Position numbers and translations under genes: made by a program
The notes under the pieces: generated by a model
Told to the model about the DNA's origin: nothing
Databases searched by the model: none
What the model saw: the letters and a program-made list of their open reading frames with translations, nothing else
Source of the DNA: Octopus vulgaris
Taxonomy: Eukaryota
Assembly (NCBI GenBank): GCA_951406725.2
Contig: OX597820.1
Span: forward strand, 39,866,001 to 39,930,000
Length of the DNA stretch: 64,000 nucleotides
Direction of reading: 5' to 3'
Part shown: piece after piece, positions 55,621-64,000 of the stretch
How the letters are laid out: every line of letters starts with the position of its first letter
Numbering within the stretch: position 1 is the stretch's first letter

Positions 55621-56593
55621 AATAATGCAGTTATTAATAATAACACAAACGCATAAATATATGCATGTAGAGAGGTGGGGCAAAAGAGAATGAATGAGAG
55701 AGCGTCGTTAAAAGATTGGTGAATAACACTAATGAATATAAAGTGTAAAGGGCAATTGAATGAATCGTTATTGTTCCCAAGTTATTCTAAAATAATGAAG
55801 GAAAGCGGCAAACTTATAAACAGACTGATCTGACAAAAAAATAGAAAAGAACGATTTTTCTGGGAAGGCAGTGCTGAGGTTCTATATGAAATGAACTGTT
55901 GATAATATGCAGGGTATTAGGAAGAAACAGTGTGTAGTGTATCAAATAGAGATGGAATGTTATAAGTTTGTAGCTAGGATCCTTAGGCTGGAACTGGTTA
56001 CTAATGGAGTTGGATGAATAACAGGGTAGTGATTCTGAATTGGCAGAGTTAGGCAGAAAACCGTTCATCATATATAATACAGAGTTACGTGAGGGAAGAC
56101 CAAACACAACAAGAAATACAATAACTTAGAATTGGGAGTTTCAAGCAGTTTGTTGCTTAGTACGTTCGCTTCATCGATCACAAGAGGGAAAATGTAAACG
56201 AATTTCTAAACAAGACAGTTAATTTATGGGTACGTCGTAACTATACGGTCAATTTTGCTAGCACAGGACTTTATTATATTAGCAGTATTTATTTATCTGG
56301 CTCCCGGTAAATGAACAGCAGTGTTTTACCGTATTGCAAAACTTAAAAATAAGTGGCCGATCTACAATTGTATGAAGAATGAAAATATTTCGAAGAAAAA
56401 AAAATCATTAAATCAAGACTTTATTGCTGTACTCTACTGTAACTGACAAAAAAAAAAAAAAAAAAAAGAAGTATCTTCAAGCTTTCAAGAAGTAGAATTA
56501 AAAATGGAACGAAATGCAGTCGAACTTGAAGCATTTGACTGATTTCTGTTATAATAAATATAAATACATTCAACATTGGGTAAAGCAGCTTTA

Positions 56594-56693
56594 NNNNNNN
56601 NNNNNNNNNNNNNNNNNNNNNNNNNNNNNNNNNNNNNNNNNNNNNNNNNNNNNNNNNNNNNNNNNNNNNNNNNNNNNNNNNNNNNNNNNNNNN
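56594..56693. other. Assembly gap (100 N)
   Basis: Run of n. Confidence 1.
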
Positions 56694-56934
56694 GTTGCAA
56701 GACGAAACGAAAATTTAGGAAAATAAAAATGACTATTGAAAAGGTTGCAAGACGAAACGGAAATTTTAGGAAAATAAAATTAAGAAATATGTGGAAATTT
56801 TGCCGGTGAGTGTGTTAAATTATAAGGCACAAAAAGAAAATGATCTCCCCAGACACAACAGAATATGCTTCAACACACGAACTCATATAAAATATCTTGC
56901 AAACCAAATCTAGAAACGAAATTTAGAGGAATCA

Positions 56935-57352
56935 TTTTACCTTTTTCAGTCATGCATGGGTACTGCCTTGGAGGGATTTAGTCGAATGAATTGACCCAAG
57001 GACTTATATTTATAAATCTAGCACTAGTTCTATCTGTTACTTTTGCCAAACAGCTGTTATGGGAACGTAAACACACCAACACCAGAGCCAAACGTTAATA
57101 GTGGGTGAACACAGACACAAAGACACTCGCACACACATACGTACATAGACACATATATACACATACTTATGTGTGTATGTATATATATATATGCACGACG
57201 GGCTTCTTTCAGTTTCCGTCTACCAAATCCACTCAAAAGGCTTTTGTCAACCTGAGACTATATTAGAAGACACTTTCCCGAGATACCACGAAGTGAGGCT
57301 GAGCCCAGAACCGCGTAGTTGCAAATCAAGCTCCTTACCACACAGCCACACC
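56935..57352 (-). mobile_element. SINE family B, diverged full length
   Basis: Both halves are recognisable. Confidence 0.75.
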
Positions 57353-58145
57353 TATTAAGAGTAATTACAGCAAGTTGAGCGACAGCTTAGCGATGCTATT
57401 GCTGAGTCTTGTTTAACTGCTATTTCTAGCAAGTAATCGAAGTGGAGTCTTGATTGGTACTTCATCGATAATTTCTTTTGCCTGGCGAGCGTGAATTGAA
57501 ATATCTATTTATATCTAATATCTCCTTTGACGTCACTTAATGGATCTAGGTGCAGCATATTTCAAATATCTCTATTGAGGGACATTAACTATTTAGATGA
57601 CTATTATATCACCTAGGGCTCAAACTCGTTTGACACTAAAGCAATCTAGTTAGTCAAATTTATAACAGTAGCGACTTTCCTTCCTAGATGAGGCGTTTAT
57701 TTATCTATTTATTTATTTTATTTTTCAAAAGTATATCATTATTATTTAAGTCTAAACTTGTAAAAAATTGCTTCTTTTTCTTCTCTCACTCTCTTATTTT
57801 TCTTTTCTTCTGTTTTTGCTGATTTAAAGTCTGCTTGGGTAAAAGAAAATTTTCCTTTCTTTTTGCTTTTCATATTCGTGTGTACGAGTCTTCAATCGTC
57901 TCACCTAACGGCTGGTGCAGCTATAAATATAAACGTCTAAAGCATAATATTGCAGTCGTGGTACATAATCGGTAATCAAGTTATAAGATCTCTTTGTCTC
58001 TGATTTCGTCTATCTTTCGTTTCATGTATATGCGTTTTTGTATGTATGTATGTGTCTATATTACACACACATAAATATATAACGTATACATGCATATAGT
58101 CACATTCACATTAGTTTATACATTGATATGTATATGAATGTATAG

Positions 58146-58222
<77 letters not shown>

Positions 58223-58455
58223 TAAGAAAGTTGGTATGTGAATATATATGAATATATATATTCATTATATATATATATTATATTATATATGTGTGTGTGC
58301 GTGTGTATGTACATACATATAGAAATATATAAATACATGTGGATGTGCGTGTATATATATATTCTTGCCTATAGGTGTGTGAGTAAATCACTATATACCC
58401 ATAAACAGACACACATATATATATATATGTGTGTGTGTGTATATATATGTGTGTG

Positions 58456-58502
<47 letters not shown>

Positions 58503-59853
58503 ATATATATATATGTGTGTGTGTGTGTATACATATACGAAAATATGCATATATATATATATACTATATATCTATGTCTATAAATGTATACATACATTAC
58601 ATATATATATATATATACATACATACACACACATATTCATATATACAGAGAGAGAGACTTAAATGTAATTACATACAAGAAATATGTAAATAAATATGTA
58701 TATGTATACCTGATTATTTTTCATATGTTTCTATGTGTGTCCATATAATGTGCATTTACATATGTATTATGTACGTGCTTGTGCTTTCCGTGCACGTGTG
58801 TATGAATGTAGGAAGCGATTTTACGTTGTTATATGAATCTAATTAACAAACTAATTAAATAGACGGTCCTAATCGATAGCATTACAAGTATCAGTATTAA
58901 ATGCCTCTTCATTTCTTAAGTAATTAAACACTTCAAAACTATTCCAAAAGACGTGTTCATCTCAGAAACGTTACTCCAAGAAACTAAGAAAGAAAAACGG
59001 GGGTGGCAATGCTGGAGTAAGTAGGTGGTTGTCTGTGTGGTAGGTAGTGCACACTGTTGATGATATGAGACGGGCGCTAGCAGCTGTTGTATTTATTTGT
59101 GTTTAGTGTGTGTTTCTTATTGTATATTTTTCTCCATATTTGACTTTGGAGTTAATCAATAAGGTGTTTCGTTACTGAGACATCTAAGATATATTATCGT
59201 CAGTTTTCAAAGAATTTGTCAAAACAGGTCACTGCCTAATTGTAACAAGAACAGTTGCAGTAAGATATTAAATAGATACTATTAAAAAAAAGAAGAAAAA
59301 AGAAAAGAAATACGCGAGCGAGAATAAATATCGATATATAAACACATACAAACAAGCACGCGTACGCATCGGCAATCGCCCACACTCAAACTCAAACATG
59401 CACGTAAGTAGATTTACACGCAGATACGCACAATGATAAACACGCACACGCATGAACACAGACTCCCTCACACAGCAATCAATAAACACATTTACAAAAA
59501 AACAACAGAAAAATCATTATTTACTGCAATCTCACTCTGTGTATCCCCCTCACATCATATCTCACTTTTTTAAAGATTTACTTTCATTCACACGCACATA
59601 CATAAAGACTGTTTTTTTTTTTTTTCTCTTTTCCCCAACGCTTCTCTTTATCGGTTTATTTTTAGAGGTATACTTTTATTGTTACACAAAGAAAATAAAT
59701 AATATATGAAATAGGATATCGCCAACACCCTAACACACGCACACACAGACACACACACACACACAAACACACACAAACACAAACACACGCACACACACAA
59801 ACAAACACACACAAACACTAACACACACACATATACATATATATAGTATAAAT

Positions 59854-59931
<78 letters not shown>

Positions 59932-60121
59932 ATGTATGTGCATGTGAGTGTGTGTGTGAGAGAGACTGTGTGTGTATGAGTGTGTTTGTTTGTGAATGCA
60001 TGTGTGACAATAAGATCGAAAAGCGCTGCAGATCAAGTCAGAAATATTTGACTGCTCCTTCAGTCTTTCCCCTCTATTTATAGTTCCGTGGATCTTTTAT
60101 CTTATCATAAAAATGCATATG

Positions 60122-60153
<32 letters not shown>

Positions 60154-60269
60154 TGTATGCATGGTATAAACGCGCGCGCGCACACATACACACACACACA
60201 CAAACATACATAAATATAATCACACATCAAAAAAAAAACACTGTCTTGAAATAAACTTAGGAAATCCCT

Positions 60270-60750
60270 CTGGTATGGAATACATCAATGAACACCAACT
60301 CAAGGTATACTGGTGGAATATTCCTATCAAAGTCTATTGTTGTTTGGGACAGAGGGGCAAAAGTATGTACTATCATAGCGGTTAGCTGCCCTGCAGATAT
60401 AAATATCTCTTTGAAAATCACAGAAAAAGAGGATATCTATGGACAACTGCTTCAGAATCTCTAGCTTCTATATCCAGATTATGAATTCATACTCATAACA
60501 ATAATAATTGGAGCACTAGGTTTTGTTAGTAAATGCTTAAAGGAGAATATGAATAAACTGGGATTTTCAGAAAGAGAAACTGACCGACTGATTCGTACAT
60601 TACAAGTCCAATCTTTTAGTGGAGCAATAAAAATATGCGAGACATTTCTCAAGTGCCAAACGTGAATTTGTCTGTGTTACTACATCCCAAAGATGGAGCT
60701 TTGTATCTTTATTGGAAACCAGCTACCTCCTTAGTGGAAGATTTATAATA
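60270..60750 (+). pseudogene. 3' end of an RLE-type non-LTR retrotransposon (R4/NeSL-like)
   Basis: YWWNIPIK../IVVWDRGAKVCTIIAVSCPADINI...EKEDIYG...IIIGALG...KICETFLK. Confidence 0.75.
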
Positions 60751-60779
60751 ATTAAAAAATAGAAGATACATACATACAA

Positions 60780-60915
60780 TAGGATTCTTTCCACTTCCGT
60801 AAGAAAAATCCACTCACAAGGCTTTTGACGGCTAGAGAATGTAGAAGACACTTGGCCAGTGTGCCATACAGTGGGACTGAACCCGAAACCATGTGGTCGT
60901 AAGGCAAATTCTTAC
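60780..60915 (-). mobile_element. SINE family B, 5' half
   Basis: AATCCACTCACAAGGCTTT...CAGTGGGACTGAACCCG.AACCATGTGG. Confidence 0.7.
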
Positions 60916-60932
60916 TGCACATCTGTAAATGC

Positions 60933-60967
<35 letters not shown>

Positions 60968-61576
60968 TGTGAGTGTGTGTGTGTATTTGTGTGCGTGATC
61001 AGAAACGCAGTGTTACTGTGCAGAGCGAAAATCAAATTTAAAATTCTTACAGAAGGCATCAACGAACCTGTTGCTTTCATTGACTAAGTTTGCTGAGAAA
61101 CACTGTAAGGACTGTATATCTTACTTAGTGTGAATATGCATAAAAGAAAACCACGAAACACCAGTATTTCGCCCTGAGACAACTGTTCATATAGACGTAT
61201 GCATGTCATGTAATTGTTCCTGTTGTTTCTCTTGAAACTGTATTACTGCAGCTAACAGGTTCTCTATAATTTAACAATTTGTATGACACAAATTATCAAA
61301 TAACTTACGTGAGCTTCGAAAAATCCTCGTCGCCAGATGTTATATCCTAAAGCCTCCAATATTGTAGTTGGGTTGATGTTGTCGACGATAGAGAAAGAAT
61401 ACACTGTAACTGTGTTATAACTATTCAAAATAGAAACAATTGTAGTAACAAACACGTAACGAATAAACAGTCTTTTACAAACCAACCATCAATATTTCCA
61501 ACACACTAACCCAAACTGTAAACTGTACCTGAACTTCGAAGACCAAACTACGAACTGCTGACTACGTCAGACCGCA

Positions 61577-62040
61577 ACTAAGTTAAGTTAAGTTAATTTT
61601 TTGGCTCAAAAAGCAAAAAGCAAGGCCATGTAGGGGGGCATGGAGTTATGTACAGGGAGGGTGTTCATGCAAAGAGTTCACGCCATTTCTGGTCAAGAGA
61701 GACTTTGAACCGAGCGGTCGTCGACATCTTCACTATCTCGTCCGGCAGCTTATTCTACGGATCCGCAACCTGGACGGAGAAAGCCCCTCTCTTTCGATTG
61801 AGATGAAATCGTCGCAGATAGAGCTTTTCGGAGTGACCCCGCAGCCGACGCTCTGGAGCAGGAGTGAAGAACAGCTCTTTCAAGAGGTTACACTTTCCGC
61901 TTAGGATGTTGTGAGCAAGAATGAGATCACCACGGCGTCGTCGTTTTTCTAGAGAATAAAGGTCGAGCGTCTTCAGCCTTTCTTCATAAGACAAATGCTT
62001 GAGACCTAGAACCATGCGGGTTGCCAGCTTCTGGACGGTG
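61577..62040 (-). pseudogene. CR1-clade LINE 3' end
   Basis: RMVLGLKHLSYEERLKTLDLYSLEKRRRRGDLI...RLRGHSEKL...FSVQV..P*NKLP; (AACTT)n tail at 61577-61597. Confidence 0.85.
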
Positions 62041-62352
62041 TTCCCATCTATTCTTGTCAGAGTGTTGCACTCTTACCACAACAGCTACTGATACACTTCT
62101 ATGCTTTTTAGCACTACATGTGTATTTGAGACTCTTATTCATGGCGAATGCTGCAGTTTGTGGCTTTCGGTATGTGTATACACGTTACGCAAGACATACG
62201 GAACAATATTCTGTACCAGTACTGCTTCCATCCAAACAACGGTTATATATCTGACTGAAACAAGTGAAAGAACAAAATAATAAAAGAATAAAAGAACACA
62301 CGCACACACACACAAAAATATATATATATGTATGTATGTATATATGCATGTA

Positions 62353-62383
<31 letters not shown>

Positions 62384-62839
62384 GCTTGTAAGTGTATTTC
62401 TTTAGCTTATATATAAATGAACACTTTTAAGCGCATATCTATAGCACTGCGAGTTACGATGTTTCGTAAATGAATACATGTTAGCAGCGTACTGCTAATA
62501 CAAGATAAGACACAAACATTAATTTATAAACCTTTAATATACTTGGTAGTATAGTATCGTTGCAAAATGAATGAGTGTTTCCTTGCCAGCATTGACATAC
62601 AGGGTTTGACAAATGGTTTTAGACACATGAGAAATTTTATTTCAAGAAAGTTTATTTAATGGAATTACTTAGATGTATGTATTTGTGAATTTTAAATTGT
62701 CTGAAAGTAAGGTGTTTGTTTTAATATTTTCTGTACTGCGAGCACTTTTTACATATTTTGATATAAATTACGTGACATCAGTTTTTCGGATATAACAGAA
62801 ATCTTTATGCTAACTTTCTAGTGCAAAGGCAGCACGCAG

Positions 62840-63938
62840 ATGTCCAATAAGTATTATCTTTCAGAATAGCTTTCTTGAGAAAAAAGTTTGTTTGTAAGAA
62901 GGGAGAAAACGGCCTGAACCTGAGAAAAATAGGTGTTTCTTTGAAGATTTTGAAGCCTGCAGTGGAATACATGTTAACGAATGATTATAACCGGAAGAAG
63001 AAAAAAGAGGAAGGAAAAAGGCGAACGAGCAGTGAACGAGAAACGTGAAATAGGTGTAAATATTCGAACAGTTCAAAGAACTGAAAGAAATTGGATACAA
63101 GTACGGAAAGACGAAAAGGAACATTCTTTTAAGCTAAAAACGTGAGGCAAATTTAGGCTGCACAAAAGTATGGTCAATTACTTCTGTTGATTGACTAAAG
63201 AAATTTTTTCCTGACACGAAGCAATTTAAGTTCGATGGACCCGACTGCTGGTGCTGTTGGTCAAAAAAAGTTTTACTGAACAATACGGTCGGGTGGGTGG
63301 AGTAATGGTATGGGGCATGTTTTTCCAACTGGGTATTTTTGTTAGAAAAGAAGGCAGAACTGTTATATCTTAATATATTAAAGAAAAAGAAGAAATTGTA
63401 GATACATTTATCTTCCAGCAGGAAAACGGCCACATTTATGTGGCGAAAACAGTTAAGCAATGGATGCGGGACGTGAAAATAAGTCTACTGGAATGGCAGG
63501 TGAGAAGTCCAGAGTTGAACTCAACTGAAAATACGAGTAATGTGGGCACAGCTGGTGTATGACGGATCAGAAGTGACAAGTAAGGCAGACTTATGGAAAC
63601 GGGTTTTAGGAACTAAAAGAAAACGGACAGAAGCGAAAAGTGATGTTATAATGAACGTGTTTCTCCAGTACAAAGAACGAATAGTGCAATTAATCGGAAA
63701 GAAAGGCGTCTATATGGACTATTTAAGCCGAGCGGTACTGTCTGAAAAATATTGTCACATAATATTAATAGAATTTTCTTTAGATATTACTTACATTTTC
63801 ATATACACGACCAAGGAGTGTAATTACAACAGGAATATTATGCACATTTCTAGATTGTTTTAGTTTAAATGTTTGTTTATTACTGTGTTTATAAGCACTA
63901 CATCTTTGTTGTTCGAAAAAACTTGTCGACACTCTGTA
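62840..63938 (+). mobile_element. Degenerate Tc1-like (DD34E) transposon
   Basis: KQFKFDGPD (KFNLDGPDG motif), FIFQQEN, WQVRSPELNSTEN (SPDLNPIEN); right end CACTCTG|TA. Confidence 0.7.
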
Positions 63939-64000
63939 TATAAATTTATATGTATATATACATATAGCATTTAATTTGCAGAATATAAAGTCTAGAGCTA

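Noticed and set aside
56694-56785. 49-bp-period direct repeat after the gap
   Set aside because: It abuts the assembly gap and may be a contig-end artefact or truncated minisatellite.

Overview
Eukaryotic, AT-rich, microsatellite-saturated DNA with no recognisable host protein-coding exon. The SINE families and (TA)n/(CA)n/(TAA)n density resemble an octopod cephalopod genome (inference from pattern recognition, not a database search). Nearly all real coding signal is transposon-derived: two Penelope-like elements (PLEs; a GIY-YIG 3' end at 3-734 and an RT pseudogene at 11.7-13.6 kb), several Dong/R4-type RLE LINEs in (TAA)n tracts, Tx1/L1-like and CR1-like fragments, five IS630-Tc1-mariner relics, a small Helitron-like element and more than 20 tRNA-derived SINE copies. 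Most ORF-track entries are translations of simple repeats. Most notable: (i) dispersed hammerhead-ribozyme (HHR) motifs, including a near-canonical one at 10706-10767; (ii) a tRNA-headed element with a split HHR and an inverted tail, bounded by the transposase it interrupts (17147-17469), which may be a PLE-dependent SINE or retrozyme; (iii) a complete-looking Pol II promoter in a PLE 3' region with six CCAAT-N12-CRE modules, TATA, Inr, Kozak ATG and a splice donor; (iv) a stack of Dong-type elements in TAA repeats; (v) a strong CTCF-like motif at 48898-48913. There is a 100-N assembly gap at 56594-56693.
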